A stretch of 64,000 nt of DNA, from assembly GCA_963790475.1 (NCBI GenBank), contig CAWBOS010000010.1:672001-736000 (forward strand), read 5' to 3'. A program made the position numbers and the translations under genes. The stretch is from an uncultured delta proteobacterium (GTDB taxonomy: Bacteria > Desulfobacterota > RBG-13-43-22). This document shows, piece by piece, positions 10,183 through 21,067 of the stretch. The number at the start of each line of letters is the position of its first letter. Positions within the stretch are counted from its first letter, which is position 1. Below the pieces are notes generated by a model that worked only from the letters and a program-made list of their open reading frames with translations, ran no database searches and was not told the origin of the DNA.

Positions 10183-12209
10183 GTGTTTTTTCCCAAATGA
10201 AGAATAAGGAAGGGGTGCTGGTGGCCCTGGGCATGGTAGGCATCTTGGGGCTGATGATCCTCCCGCTCCCCCCAATCTTGCTGGATCTGTTACTTTCACT
10301 GTCCATCGCCCTGTCGGTGGTTATTGTCATTACCTCGGTTTTTGTTAATAAACCCCTTGATTTTTCGATATTTCCCTCTCTTTTATTGATGACTACCTTA
10401 TATCGGCTGGCCTTAAATATCGCCTCCACTAAACTCATCTTATTGCGTGGGAGTGAAGGGACTGATGCCGCCGGTCATGTCATCAAATCATTCGGTGACT
10501 TTATTGTCAGTGGTAATTATCTGGTTGGGTTGATCCTTTTCATCATTATAGTCGTTGTTAACTTTGTGGTCATTACTAAAGGGGCCGGAAGAATCGCTGA
10601 AGTGGCCGCCCGCTTTACTCTGGATGCCATGCCCGGCAAGCAAATGGCTATCGATGCCGATTTGAACTCCGGTCTCCTGGATGAGGCTGAAGCGCGAAGG
10701 AGAAGATCCATCATTGCCCAGGAAGCCGATTTTTACGGGGCCATGGATGGGGCCAGTAAATTTGTCCGTGGGGATGCCATAGCCGGTTTGGTTATCACGG
10801 GTATTAATATTTTGGGCGGTTTTATTATCGGGGTCTTACAGCAAGGGCTCCCAATAGTCGAGGCGGCCAAGACCTACACCCTCCTCACCGTGGGAGACGG
10901 CCTGGTTTCTCAAATACCCGCACTTCTTATCTCTTTTGCTGCCGGTATCGTCGTCAGCCGTGCCGGGACTGAAACTGATTTGGGAAAAGACCTGACTCAA
11001 CAATTATTGATCAATCCTAAGGCCTTGGCTACCACTTCGGGCATATTGTTCATCTTCGGTTTGATTCCTGGACTCCCGCATCTCCCCTTCTTGATCATTT
11101 CAGCTCTGAGCGGCGGCATGGCTTATCTCTTAACAAAACGGGATCAGCAGGGGACCTTGCAGGAAAAGGGGGAAGCTTCCAAAGAAGAACCCCAACTGGA
11201 ATCATTTTTGGAGATGGATCCTTTAACTCTCGAAATAGGGTACGGATTGATTCCCCTGGTGGAAGATCAAGGCGAACTCCTGAATAAAATAAAAGGCATG
11301 AGAAGGCAATTGGCCATCGACCAAGGCTTTGTGGTTCCCCCTATCCACATTAAAGACAACCTTCAACTCCGTCCCCATGAATACTTTTTGCTTATTAAAG
11401 GAATAGAACTGGCCCGAGGAGAGATCATGAGTGATCATTGGCTGGCCGTAGGCACTGGAGATGCCGAAAAGATAAACGGGGTGCCGACCAAGGAGCCGGC
11501 CTTTGGGTTGCCGGCTTTATGGATAGAAGCCAAAGAAACTGAAAGGGCTCAAATGGCCGGCTACATGGTGGTTGATTTGGCGACTGTCATTGCCACCCAT
11601 ATCACCGAACTATTGAAAAAACATAGCTGGGAACTGCTGACCAGGACGGAAGTTCAAAATATTTTGGATCGAATAGCCAAAAGCTTTCCTAAGATCGTTG
11701 ACGAATTGATACCGACCCACATGACCCTTGGCGGTGTGCAAAGAGTATTGCAAAACTTACTCAAGGAGCAGGTTTCCATTAGGGACACGGTTTGTATTCT
11801 GGAAACCTTGCTCGATTATTCCCCTTCTATAAAAGATTTGGATCTGCTGACCGAACATGTCCGTCAAGGGCTCTCGAGATATCTGACCAAACAGTATGAG
11901 GGCCAGGATGGCAGTATTCCCATTTTAGTTTTGGATCCCAGGTTTGAAAAACCTATCTATGATAGCATCGAGAGCGGGGGGAGTATCAGTCCCGACCTGA
12001 TCAGTAAACTGCTACGGGCCGTGGAGAAAATTTTGGGAAAAGAGGCCAAATCCGACACCCAGCCGGTTTTGGTGTGTTCGGCTAACCTGCGCCGGTTTTT
12101 ACGAAGGTTTGCCGATAAGTTTTTACCTTCAATCGCCGTTTTATCCAATGCCGAGATTGCTTCGACCGCCAAATTATATACCATAGGGATGGTCCGATAT
12201 GAAGATTAA
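10179..12209 (+). CDS. flhA: Export gate protein FlhA
   Basis: RIAEVAARFTLDAMPGKQMAIDADL, FYGAMDGASKFVRGDA. Confidence 0.98.
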   Translation: MSVFSQMKNKEGVLVALGMVGILGLMILPLPPILLDLLLSLSIALSVVIVITSVFVNKPLDFSIFPSLLLMTTLYRLALNIASTKLILLRGSEGTDAAGHVIKSFGDFIVSGNYLVGLILFIIIVVVNFVVITKGAGRIAEVAARFTLDAMPGKQMAIDADLNSGLLDEAEARRRRSIIAQEADFYGAMDGASKFVRGDAIAGLVITGINILGGFIIGVLQQGLPIVEAAKTYTLLTVGDGLVSQIPALLISFAAGIVVSRAGTETDLGKDLTQQLLINPKALATTSGILFIFGLIPGLPHLPFLIISALSGGMAYLLTKRDQQGTLQEKGEASKEEPQLESFLEMDPLTLEIGYGLIPLVEDQGELLNKIKGMRRQLAIDQGFVVPPIHIKDNLQLRPHEYFLLIKGIELARGEIMSDHWLAVGTGDAEKINGVPTKEPAFGLPALWIEAKETERAQMAGYMVVDLATVIATHITELLKKHSWELLTRTEVQNILDRIAKSFPKIVDELIPTHMTLGGVQRVLQNLLKEQVSIRDTVCILETLLDYSPSIKDLDLLTEHVRQGLSRYLTKQYEGQDGSIPILVLDPRFEKPIYDSIESGGSISPDLISKLLRAVEKILGKEAKSDTQPVLVCSANLRRFLRRFADKFLPSIAVLSNAEIASTAKLYTIGMVRYED

Positions 12210-13329
12210 AAGATTTGAGGCCAGGAGTTTCAGGGAAGCTTTGACAAGGGTAAAAAAAGAATTAGGCCATGATGCCGTGATATTATCCTCGGAAGAAATC
12301 GGGGGACTGAAGCCCATGGTGGAAGTGGTGGCAGCCATTGATCATGATAGGGATCTGGATGAAACCCTTAACGCCTACTCCCTGAAGACAGAAACGGAGC
12401 CGGGAAAGTCCGCCCGCCCCGACAAAGTATCTTTATCTGCCTATTCTCCTGTTCCCAGTGCCAAGGCCCTCCCGAACTACAACGAACAGGTTTTACAGGA
12501 ACTTCAAAAATTAAGAAAAAATCTGGAGGAATTAAGAAACAAGGGCTATGAGGTTTCTTTACCGGAAGGTAAGAAAAGAATGTACCAATATCTCAGAAAC
12601 CGGTTTATCCGGGAAGACCTGGCCCTGCAATTGGCTGAAAAAGCCTCCTGTCTGAATGACCTTTCCGGATTAATCCAGAACGATCTTCAAACCGGATGGG
12701 ATTGGTCGGAGAAAAAGGTGATTATTTTAATCGGATCGACCGGTGTGGGCAAAACGACCACCGCTGCCAAGTTGTGCGGGCAGGCGATCAAGCAGAACAA
12801 AAAGGTTGGGCTGATCAGCCTGGATACCTTCAGGATCGGGGCTATTGAACAGATCCGGATCTATTCCAGAATCCTGGGAGTTCCCCTGATCATTGCCTCT
12901 TCTCCGGAAGAGGTTCAAAAGGGTATCAATAAATTAAAGGATCGGGATTGCATAATAATCGATACCACCGGAAGGAACCCCAAAGATCAATCCTATAAAA
13001 ATGAGTTGGAAGCAGTCTATGCCTTAGGGATCCCCCTGGAAACCCACCTCCTGATCAGCGGAAGCAGCAGTGAAAATTTTATGACCGAATCCCTGTCCCA
13101 TTACCAAAATCTACCCGTCAACCGTATCGCTTTTACCAAGATGGATGAGGCCGGCGGGTTTGGGCCGATTTACAATTTTTCAATGCAGGCTCAAAAACCC
13201 ATTGCTTATCTGACTACCGGTCAAAAGGTGCCCAATGATATCGAATTTTATTCTGACGTCCAATTAGTGGATTTAATATTAAACCGAGAACAAGTTGACC
13301 GACTCAAGGAAATCAATCCAATCCAATAA
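12199..13329 (+). CDS. flhF: SRP-type GTPase FlhF
   Basis: GSTGVGKTTT, DTFRIGA, DTTGR, TKMDE, TTGQKVPND. Confidence 0.96.
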   Translation: MKIKRFEARSFREALTRVKKELGHDAVILSSEEIGGLKPMVEVVAAIDHDRDLDETLNAYSLKTETEPGKSARPDKVSLSAYSPVPSAKALPNYNEQVLQELQKLRKNLEELRNKGYEVSLPEGKKRMYQYLRNRFIREDLALQLAEKASCLNDLSGLIQNDLQTGWDWSEKKVIILIGSTGVGKTTTAAKLCGQAIKQNKKVGLISLDTFRIGAIEQIRIYSRILGVPLIIASSPEEVQKGINKLKDRDCIIIDTTGRNPKDQSYKNELEAVYALGIPLETHLLISGSSSENFMTESLSHYQNLPVNRIAFTKMDEAGGFGPIYNFSMQAQKPIAYLTTGQKVPNDIEFYSDVQLVDLILNREQVDRLKEINPIQ

Positions 13330-13346
13330 AAAAACAAGGAAAATAT

Positions 13347-14165
13347 ATGAAACCCATTCGCACCATTGCCATAACCAGCGGAAAAGGGGGTGTAGGAAAA
13401 ACCAATGTGGCCGCCAACCTGGCCGTTGCCCTAAAACAATTAGGGGAAAAGGTATTGATTCTTGATGCCGACCTGGGATTGAGCAATGTGGATGTTCTGC
13501 TGGGCCTGGTGACCTCCTATAATATTCAACATGTTCTTGATGGTAAAAAACAACTTCAAGATGTAATTGTTGAAGGACCTCAGGGGATCAAGATTTTGCC
13601 GGCCAGTTCCGGGGTCCAGGAAATCACTCAACTGGATGAATTTCAGCGTCTTAAATTATTGGAAGAATTCGAGGCCTTTCAGGGGGAGATCGATACCCTA
13701 ATCATCGATACCGGGGCCGGTATTTCATCCAATGTCGCTTTCTTTTGCATTTCAGCTCAAACCATTATCGTGGTTATTTCACCTGAACCGACTGCTTTGA
13801 CCGATGGTTATGCCTTGATCAAGGTCCTGTTTACCAAATACCAGGAGAAGGATTTCAAAATTCTGGTCAATTCAGTTCAAGACGACTCTGAAGGCTTGAT
13901 GGTTTTTAAGAGACTGGCGGTGGCCGCAGAAAGATATTTACAGGTTTCTCTGGATTATCTCGGATGCATTTTCAAGGATGATTCCATTCCAAAGGCGGTC
14001 AGGGCACAAAAGTCGTTTCTGGATATCTATCCGGAATCCCAGGCCTCAAAAAACATCTTATCCATTGCCGGCAAATTGAAGGAAGATTCGACGAGTTCCA
14101 TTAAAGGGAGTTTGCAGTTGTTTTTAGGCAACCTGATCGGGGAAGCGAGAGATGTACGGCTATAA
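13347..14165 (+). CDS. flhG: MinD-like ATPase FlhG/FleN
   Basis: SGKGGVGKT, DADLGLSN, PEPTALTDGYALIK; follows flhF. Confidence 0.95.
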   Translation: MKPIRTIAITSGKGGVGKTNVAANLAVALKQLGEKVLILDADLGLSNVDVLLGLVTSYNIQHVLDGKKQLQDVIVEGPQGIKILPASSGVQEITQLDEFQRLKLLEEFEAFQGEIDTLIIDTGAGISSNVAFFCISAQTIIVVISPEPTALTDGYALIKVLFTKYQEKDFKILVNSVQDDSEGLMVFKRLAVAAERYLQVSLDYLGCIFKDDSIPKAVRAQKSFLDIYPESQASKNILSIAGKLKEDSTSSIKGSLQLFLGNLIGEARDVRL

Positions 14166-14880
14166 TATCAAAATGTCTTCTCAGGAAAAAGAAAATATCC
14201 TCAAAGAATTCTTGCCGGTAGTTCGTTATACCGCTTATCGGTTGTCTTGGAAATTACCCCCTCAAATCTCGGTGGACGATCTTATCAGTGTCGGATTGAA
14301 TGGGCTGTATGATGCCATGGAAAGATTCGAACAAGGCAAAGTTAAATTGAAAACCTATGCCCAGTATCGGATCAAGGGGGCCATGCTGGATGAATTGCGG
14401 TCAGTGGAATGGATCCCCCGTTCCAGGAAGAAAAAGATCAATACCTTGAAAGAAGCCCACGTCAAGCTGGAGAAAGAACTGAAAAGGAACCCTGAGGACG
14501 AGGAGGTGGCCGATGCCCTGCAAATCACCTTGGACGAATATTATCACCTCCTCGACGAGTCCAAAGGCGGCGTCACCTTGAAATTTGAGGATTATGATAC
14601 CTTTTCTGAAGGGCATCCGGTCAATTTAATGGATAATATTGAGGATCCTAATGAAAAAAATCCACTAAATATTCTGGTGGAAATGGACCAAAAAAAAGTA
14701 ATCGCCCGGTTGATTGACGAATTGCCGGAAAAAGAAAAAATGGTCCTGTCTTTATATTATTGGGAAGAATTGACCATGAAAGAAGTCGGGGCGGTATTGA
14801 ATTTAACCGAATCACGGGTTTGTCAGTTGCACAATCAGGCCTTGCTGCGACTAAAAGCTAAAATGAGTAAGGAATCGTGA
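14152..14880 (+). CDS. fliA: Flagellar sigma factor FliA (sigma28)
   Basis: YRIKGAMLDELR..WIPRS, LYYWEELTMKEVG..LTESRVCQLH. Confidence 0.96.
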   Translation: MYGYNIKMSSQEKENILKEFLPVVRYTAYRLSWKLPPQISVDDLISVGLNGLYDAMERFEQGKVKLKTYAQYRIKGAMLDELRSVEWIPRSRKKKINTLKEAHVKLEKELKRNPEDEEVADALQITLDEYYHLLDESKGGVTLKFEDYDTFSEGHPVNLMDNIEDPNEKNPLNILVEMDQKKVIARLIDELPEKEKMVLSLYYWEELTMKEVGAVLNLTESRVCQLHNQALLRLKAKMSKES

Positions 14881-14946
14881 TAAAAAAAGACCCCAGGTCA
14901 GATCTTTGAATTTGGGAAAATGTCTAAAAGGAGGCGAATTTAATCG

Positions 14947-15339
14947 ATGGATCAAAAAATGAAAATATTGGTCGTGGATGATTTTACAACCATGAGGAGA
15001 ATCGTCAGGAATTTGTTGAAGCAACTTGGATTTGAAAATATTGAAGAGGCGGAAGACGGGAAGCAGGCTTTTTCAAAACTTAAGGAAGCAAAATATCATT
15101 TTATAATTTCGGATTGGAATATGCCGAATATGACCGGTATCGAGTTGCTGCAGAATGTACGCAGTGATCTTGAATTGAAAAGTCTCCCTTTCTTAATGGT
15201 CACAGCCGAATCGGAAAAGCAGAAGGTCATTGAAGCTATCAAATCCGGCGTAAACAATTATATCATCAAACCCTTTACTGCCGAAATTCTTAAGGAAAAA
15301 ATGGAAAAGATATTCGACAAAATGACCGGGAAATCCTGA
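14947..15339 (+). CDS. cheY: Chemotaxis response regulator CheY
   Basis: LVVDDFTTMRRIVRNLLK, SDWNMPNM, KPFT; enteric-type CheY. Confidence 0.96.
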   Translation: MDQKMKILVVDDFTTMRRIVRNLLKQLGFENIEEAEDGKQAFSKLKEAKYHFIISDWNMPNMTGIELLQNVRSDLELKSLPFLMVTAESEKQKVIEAIKSGVNNYIIKPFTAEILKEKMEKIFDKMTGKS

Positions 15340-15382
15340 GGGCGAGATGTTGGGGGGAGATCACTAAGGGAAAGGAAAAATC

Positions 15383-16192
15383 ATGACGATTCGATCCAAA
15401 AATAAACTTGAAACGGAAGAACTTGAATATAAGAAGGATAAAAATCTATTGGAAATGGAAAAGGCCATTGCCTTGATATTTAATAAGGCTTTGGAAGAAG
15501 GGAACAAGATCAAAGGAGTTTTGGGGATCATCGATGATGTGCAGGCTTTATTAGAGGCGATTATTCAGGGAGATATCCAGACGGCAGAAAAATACGTTAT
15601 TAAGTTTACCGGCTTGGGGGGAAAAGACCTTTTTGTGGAAGTGGGTAAAATAACACGGAAGTTACATGATTCCATTCGGGATTTTCAGGAGAATATCAGC
15701 CCTCGTCTTAAAAATCTACCGGTCAATGAACTCCCGGAAGCGACAGATAAACTTGAATGGGTGATTGGAAAAACAGAAGAAGCGGCTAGTCGAACAATCA
15801 ATCTGGTGGAAAAACATCTGGGTTACCAGGAAAAAACATCTAAAATCATCAACCAAATTGAGACCATTTTTAAGGAAAACACCATCCCCGCCGACCTCGA
15901 TCAAAATGGTCTAAGTTATCTCAAAAGCATGAACCGGGACTTACCTAAAGATTTGACGGAGATAATGATCGCCCAGGATTTCCAGGACCTCACGGGTCAG
16001 ATTATCAAAAAAGTGATTCAATTAATTGCCGAGATCGAAAACCAGTTGGTCATGATCTTAAAAATATTTGGTGTTAAATTAGAATCCAGCCCCCAAGCCG
16101 TTGTCTTACCCGGACCTCAAATTAGGAAGAAGGAAACCGTGGTTTCCGGACAATCGGAGGTTGATGATATATTAAATCAGTTTGGATTTTAA
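15383..16192 (+). CDS. cheZ: CheY-P phosphatase CheZ
   Basis: IMIAQDFQDLTGQIIKKV catalytic motif; C-terminal QSEVDDILNQFGF peptide. Confidence 0.9.
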   Translation: MTIRSKNKLETEELEYKKDKNLLEMEKAIALIFNKALEEGNKIKGVLGIIDDVQALLEAIIQGDIQTAEKYVIKFTGLGGKDLFVEVGKITRKLHDSIRDFQENISPRLKNLPVNELPEATDKLEWVIGKTEEAASRTINLVEKHLGYQEKTSKIINQIETIFKENTIPADLDQNGLSYLKSMNRDLPKDLTEIMIAQDFQDLTGQIIKKVIQLIAEIENQLVMILKIFGVKLESSPQAVVLPGPQIRKKETVVSGQSEVDDILNQFGF

Positions 16193-16397
16193 AGGAGATG
16201 AGGGATCAACTGTTTTGCCGACTTCTGGATCCTTGATAGATGAGGTTCAGCACATGGACATCAATTCTCTAAACAAAATCGATTTTACCCTGAGGGTTAA
16301 AAGAATAAAATCCGGACCAATTTTTTTCCGATAAAAAAAAGAAATCAAAAACCCGGGAAAAGGAAGAAAAAAAGAAAAACCAAATCGATGTGAGGGC

Positions 16398-16772
16398 ATG
16401 AATATGAATTCTTTAAAAGGCATTCTGGAAAAATGTATGGAAAATCCTTGGAAAATCCAAAAAACTTTTAACTTGGAAGTGATGGAAATAAACGATATCG
16501 CCGAAAAACTCTTTATCCGTATAGAGCAAAAATTCAAAGCACTTAAGGCGGTTGAAGCCCGGGCCGATGAAAAAATCGCCATTCTGGACGGTTTGATTAC
16601 CAAATTCAAAAAAATGAATCTTCCTACCGAATCGTTGGGCGTGGTCGGGGAAGGACGTCAGAAGGAAGTTCTGGCCCTGTCCGGAAAAGGTTTTAACTCC
16701 GAGCAGATCGCCCGAATTCTAGATCTTCCTTCCGGCGAAGTCGAACTGATTTTAAACCTGGTTCATCAATAG
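16398..16772 (+). CDS. Hypothetical flagellar-cluster protein (coiled coil + C-terminal HTH, DUF2802/DUF6115-like)
   Basis: C-terminal KGFNSEQIARILDLPSGEVELILNL; located between cheZ and flgF. Confidence 0.6.
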   Translation: MNMNSLKGILEKCMENPWKIQKTFNLEVMEINDIAEKLFIRIEQKFKALKAVEARADEKIAILDGLITKFKKMNLPTESLGVVGEGRQKEVLALSGKGFNSEQIARILDLPSGEVELILNLVHQ

Positions 16773-16945
16773 GAAGATAAATGTTTTCCGGGTCAGGAAA
16801 ATTTTTCCGCCTCAAGGGGATTCTTTTTAACCGTGAAACAATCGGGAATAAAAAAAGGGAGTATATGCACCTCTTTTTGCGGGCGGAGAAGTGCCAAATC
16901 CTTCCTGGGGCGGGATTCAACTCCTTATTCCTTGAGTTTACTACC

Positions 16946-16962
16946 TGGTATTAAAGTTGCAT
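16946..16962 (+). promoter_or_regulatory. sigma54 promoter for the flgF operon
   Basis: TGGTATTAAAGTTGCAT (GG-N10-GC); very close to the flgF start. Confidence 0.55.
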
Positions 16963-16973
16963 AAAGGATAGAT

Positions 16974-17672
16974 ATGAGTAAAGCCATTTTCATAGCCCTT
17001 TCTGGTGCGATCTTAAAAGAAAAACAGATGGAACTCATTTCTCAAAATCTGGCCAACAGCAATTCCTCGGCCTATAAGAAGATGCGAGTCGCTTTTAAAG
17101 ATTATTTGACCAGCCCTGAAAGCGAACAAGAAGGGAAAATCATGAGCGATTTGGCCTCCATCAAGACCGATTTTTCCGCTGGTGGCATCCATCAGACGGG
17201 AAATGCATTGGATATCGCCTTGGACGGTAATGGCTTTTTTGCTTTGGAAAATAACCGTTTTACTCGAAGAGGGGATTTTAAAATAAATTCCGAAGGCTAT
17301 TTGACCACTCAGACAGGTATCCCGGTCCTTGGTCTAAAAGGGGTCCCTATTAATATTCCCCAAGGAAAGCTGGAAATTGGACCTGGAGGTGAAGTGACCG
17401 TCAATCAGACCCATCTCGATACCCTTAAGGTGGTGGATTTTGCGAATAAGGATTCATTGATCCGCTTAGGGGAAGACCTTTTCCAAACCGAGGTCCCCGG
17501 ATCTCCTGCCAACATTTTGGTCAAACAAGGGCAGTTGGAAGGTTCCAATGTTGAGGTCGTCAGAGAAATGACTCAGATCATTACGACCTTGAGGGAATTT
17601 CAGGCCTTCCAAAAAGTTATTCAGGGGTTTGATGAAGCCGATTCTAAAATGAATGAAGTTGCAAGAATTTAA
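16974..17672 (+). CDS. flgF: Basal-body rod protein FlgF
   Basis: ISQNLANSNSSAYK, TGNALDIAL, LEGSNVEVVREM; upstream of flgG. Confidence 0.9.
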   Translation: MSKAIFIALSGAILKEKQMELISQNLANSNSSAYKKMRVAFKDYLTSPESEQEGKIMSDLASIKTDFSAGGIHQTGNALDIALDGNGFFALENNRFTRRGDFKINSEGYLTTQTGIPVLGLKGVPINIPQGKLEIGPGGEVTVNQTHLDTLKVVDFANKDSLIRLGEDLFQTEVPGSPANILVKQGQLEGSNVEVVREMTQIITTLREFQAFQKVIQGFDEADSKMNEVARI

Positions 17673-17693
17673 TCAGAGAAAGGGAAGATAACC

Positions 17694-18482
17694 ATGATTC
17701 GATCCTTATTTATTGCGGCCACGGGTATGGAAGCTCAGAAGATGAATATTGATGTGATCTCCAACAACCTGGCTAATGTAAATACCGCCGGATATAAAAG
17801 AAGCCGGGCCGATTTTCAGGAATTGATTTATCAGGATATTAAAACCCCGGGGACCTTATCGGCCGAAGGGACTGTGATTCCATCAGGGATCCAGTTGGGT
17901 TTGGGGGTCAAGCCGGTTGCAGTACAAAAGATTTTTTTACAAGGGGATTTTGTTCAGACCGGCAACAATCTCGACTTGGTGATTGAAGGGGATGGGTTTT
18001 TCCAAATCACCAAACCGGATGGTGAGCTGGCCTACACCCGATCCGGAGCCTTTAAGATGGACAATGAAGGACGAATTGTTACCTCCGACGGTTATCCGTT
18101 AGAGCCCTCCCTGACCATTCCGACCAACACCCAAAGCATCACCGTAGGTTCCGATGGAAAGGTCACGGTCATACAGTCCGGCAGCAAGACCCCGGTGGAG
18201 ATCGGTCAGATTGAGTTGGCCCGATTCATCAATCCGGGAGGATTGAAAGCCATCGGGAAAAGCCTTTTTGAGCCTACAGCTTCCTCTGGAGATCCGACCA
18301 CTGCTAACCCGGGGGCCGAGGGACTGGGAACAATTAACCAAGGGTATATCGAGATGAGCAATGTCAATATTGTTGAAGAAATGGTCAATATGATCGTCAG
18401 CCAAAGGGCTTACGAGATCAATTCCAAGGCTGTACAAGCCTCGGATGAGATGCTTCAGATTGCCAACAATTTAAAGAGGTAA
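17694..18482 (+). CDS. flgG: Distal rod protein FlgG
   Basis: [46 protein letters not shown]. Confidence 0.97.
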   Translation: MIRSLFIAATGMEAQKMNIDVISNNLANVNTAGYKRSRADFQELIYQDIKTPGTLSAEGTVIPSGIQLGLGVKPVAVQKIFLQGDFVQTGNNLDLVIEGDGFFQITKPDGELAYTRSGAFKMDNEGRIVTSDGYPLEPSLTIPTNTQSITVGSDGKVTVIQSGSKTPVEIGQIELARFINPGGLKAIGKSLFEPTASSGDPTTANPGAEGLGTINQGYIEMSNVNIVEEMVNMIVSQRAYEINSKAVQASDEMLQIANNLKR

Positions 18483-18489
18483 GGAGAGC

Positions 18490-19182
18490 ATGATGCATAG
18501 AAATCACAAACAAGGCCCTTCCCGGGCCTGTTTATTGATTCTGCTGATCTGCCTCCTGGTCTTTGGTTTAGTCCCTTGGGCCTGGCCCTCCCCCTGGGAA
18601 CCTCGAACGGTGATCAAAAAATACTTAAAGGATCGTTACCCGTGGGCGGAAATAGAAGTCTTGGATGTTTCTGGAGAGGTGTCCTCCATGGTCCCTCCTG
18701 AAAAGATCTATTTGATCAATGGTCCTTTGGGAAGGTCTATTTTTTCCCTGGTCTTCAAATCCGGAGAAAAGGCTATTTTTCAGGCCAATATCCGGGCCCT
18801 GGATTGGGTGGTTACCTCCCGAAGGCCTTTGAAAAAATCGCAAATAATTCGAAAAGAGGATGTTTATCTGGCTTTGATGGATGTCCGGAGGATGCCTAAG
18901 GACGCCCTGACCCGATTGGAGTCGGCATGGGGTAAATGCATGAACCAATCCATGGGAGCCAATATGCCGATCAATGAAAGCGCTATGGGCGACATCCCTT
19001 TGATTAAAAAAGGACAGAGGATTACTTTGGTAGCCTCAGCCCCCGGTCTTAAAATAACTACCCCCGGGGAAGCCAGACAGGATGGCTTTCATGGGCAATC
19101 TCTCAAAGTCGTCAATTTGTCCTCCAAACGGGATGTCCGGGGAATACCGTTGGATGAAAACCATGTGAGCGTCGAATTTTAA
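18490..19182 (+). CDS. flgA: P-ring chaperone FlgA
   Basis: Signal/TM segment, SAF-like domain, GEARQDG..GQSLKVVNLSSKR. Confidence 0.9.
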   Translation: MMHRNHKQGPSRACLLILLICLLVFGLVPWAWPSPWEPRTVIKKYLKDRYPWAEIEVLDVSGEVSSMVPPEKIYLINGPLGRSIFSLVFKSGEKAIFQANIRALDWVVTSRRPLKKSQIIRKEDVYLALMDVRRMPKDALTRLESAWGKCMNQSMGANMPINESAMGDIPLIKKGQRITLVASAPGLKITTPGEARQDGFHGQSLKVVNLSSKRDVRGIPLDENHVSVEF

Positions 19183-19215
19183 CGTCAATTTTTTCATTAA
19201 GGAAAAGAGTTCGAT

Positions 19216-19929
19216 ATGTCGGAAAGAAGTACTCTTCAATTTATTCTGGGCTGTATGGGAATTGTACTGATGGCCGTATCTTGTGCCGCTCCTGCTCAAT
19301 TTTCCAAGGAAATGCCTCCCAATTATGTAAGAGATAGAGAAATAAAAATGGAAACCCAGACCAGGGGTTCCTTATGGCGGGATTCAGCCGGACTATATGA
19401 AGACAGAAAGGCCAGGGGACTGAATGACCTGGTAACGATAAAGATCATCGAAACATCCGCAGCATCCAAAAAGGCCGATACTGCCACCAGCCGAGCATCC
19501 AGTGTCGATCTAGGTATTGACAGTTTGTTTGGTAGTAATCTGAATTATAATCTGTCCAATATCTTCGGCTCAGGTAGTTCAGGTATTCTAACCCCCCAGG
19601 TTAAGGCCGCGGCCAAAAATGATTTCACCGGATCGGGCAACACCACGCGGGAGGGCAGCCTGGTGGCCACCATCACCGCCAGGGTGGTGGATGTCCTTCC
19701 CAATGGGAACTTTATTATTGAATCGAGGAAGGATATTACCGTCAACCGGGAGAAGCAGCTCCTATTATTAAGAGGGGTCATCCGGCCTGATGATATTGCT
19801 GGCGATAATACAATTTTAAGTAGTTATGTGGCCAATGCTGAAATGATCTATACCGGTGATGGAGTGGTTAACGATAAACAGGGCCAGGGGTGGCTGGTCC
19901 AGTTGTTGGATTGGGTATGGCCTTTTTAA
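19216..19929 (+). CDS. flgH: L-ring lipoprotein FlgH
   Basis: Lipobox (AVSC), DLVTIKI, VLPNGNF, GVIRPDDI, C-terminal WPF. Confidence 0.96.
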   Translation: MSERSTLQFILGCMGIVLMAVSCAAPAQFSKEMPPNYVRDREIKMETQTRGSLWRDSAGLYEDRKARGLNDLVTIKIIETSAASKKADTATSRASSVDLGIDSLFGSNLNYNLSNIFGSGSSGILTPQVKAAAKNDFTGSGNTTREGSLVATITARVVDVLPNGNFIIESRKDITVNREKQLLLLRGVIRPDDIAGDNTILSSYVANAEMIYTGDGVVNDKQGQGWLVQLLDWVWPF

Positions 19930-19954
19930 AGAATGACCGAAGAGCATCAATTTC

Positions 19955-21067
19955 ATGAAGACTGAACAGCGTTTCTTATTATTGATATTGGGATTGTTGA
20001 TTTTTGCGGGGATCCTGGTTCCTTCCGGGATCCGGGCTGAACGCATTAAAGATATTGCCAGTCTGGAAGGGGCCCGGGAGAATCAGTTGCTGGGCTACGG
20101 TTTGGTGGTCGGGTTAAACGGTACCGGAGATAAAGGGCTGGCCACCATGCAAAGTATCACCAACATGCTGGCCAGGATGGGGATGACCGTCAATGCCAAA
20201 GATATTCAAGCCAAAAATGCGGCGGCGGTGATCGTAACGGCCACTCTGCCGGCCTTTCCCAAACCCGGAATCAGGATTGATGCCATCGTTTCGGCTATGG
20301 GAGATGCTAAAAATCTGCAAGGGGGGACCCTTCTACTGACCCCGCTTAAAGGACCTGATCAGAAAGTTTACGGGTTGGCCCAGGGACCGATTTCCTTAGG
20401 GGGATTCGGTGCTGCTTCCGGAGGGTCAACGGTACAAAAAAATCATCCCACGGCTGGAAGAATACCCAGTGGAGCCATTATTGAACGGGGACTGGAAGTC
20501 CCTTTAAAAATAGGGAACGAAATCCATATCGTGCTCCATCGGCCTGATTTTACCACCGCTTTTCAAGTTTCCCAAACCATCAACCGGAAAATGGGGGGAG
20601 AATATGCCGAGGCGATGGATCCCTCCATGATTAAAGTACGGACGCCGGATGACTTTTTGGGTGGTTTGATGGGTTTTATTACCCAGGTTGAATCCCTGGA
20701 TGTTTCTATTGATACCCTGGCCAAGGTCATCATCAACGAAAGGACGGGCACGGTGGTCATGGGGGAGAGGATCCGAATATCCCCGGTGGCCATATCTCAT
20801 GGCAATCTGACCATTGAGGTGTCCACGGATTATAAAGTCTCTCAACCTCCGCCTTTTGCTCCCTCTAATGCCCAGACGGTAGTGGTCCCGCAGACCAAAA
20901 TGGAGGTGAAAGAACAAAAATCCTCTTTGATCGAAGTGTCCGGAGTGACCCTGGGTGAGGTGGTCCGGGCCCTTAATTCCCTGGGGGTGACCCCGAGAGA
21001 TCTTATTGCCATCGTTCAGGCCCTAAGAAGCGCCGGGGCACTTAAGGTTGAATTGGAGATCATATGA
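19955..21067 (+). CDS. flgI: P-ring protein FlgI
   Basis: RIKDI..GARENQLLGYGLVVGLNGTGD, INERTGTVV. Confidence 0.97.
   Translation: MKTEQRFLLLILGLLIFAGILVPSGIRAERIKDIASLEGARENQLLGYGLVVGLNGTGDKGLATMQSITNMLARMGMTVNAKDIQAKNAAAVIVTATLPAFPKPGIRIDAIVSAMGDAKNLQGGTLLLTPLKGPDQKVYGLAQGPISLGGFGAASGGSTVQKNHPTAGRIPSGAIIERGLEVPLKIGNEIHIVLHRPDFTTAFQVSQTINRKMGGEYAEAMDPSMIKVRTPDDFLGGLMGFITQVESLDVSIDTLAKVIINERTGTVVMGERIRISPVAISHGNLTIEVSTDYKVSQPPPFAPSNAQTVVVPQTKMEVKEQKSSLIEVSGVTLGEVVRALNSLGVTPRDLIAIVQALRSAGALKVELEII

Noticed and set aside
16306-16334. Possible sigma28 promoter TAAA-N17-TCCGATAA before the 16398 gene
   Set aside because: Spacer 1-2 nt longer than the other five sites; plausible but not supportable
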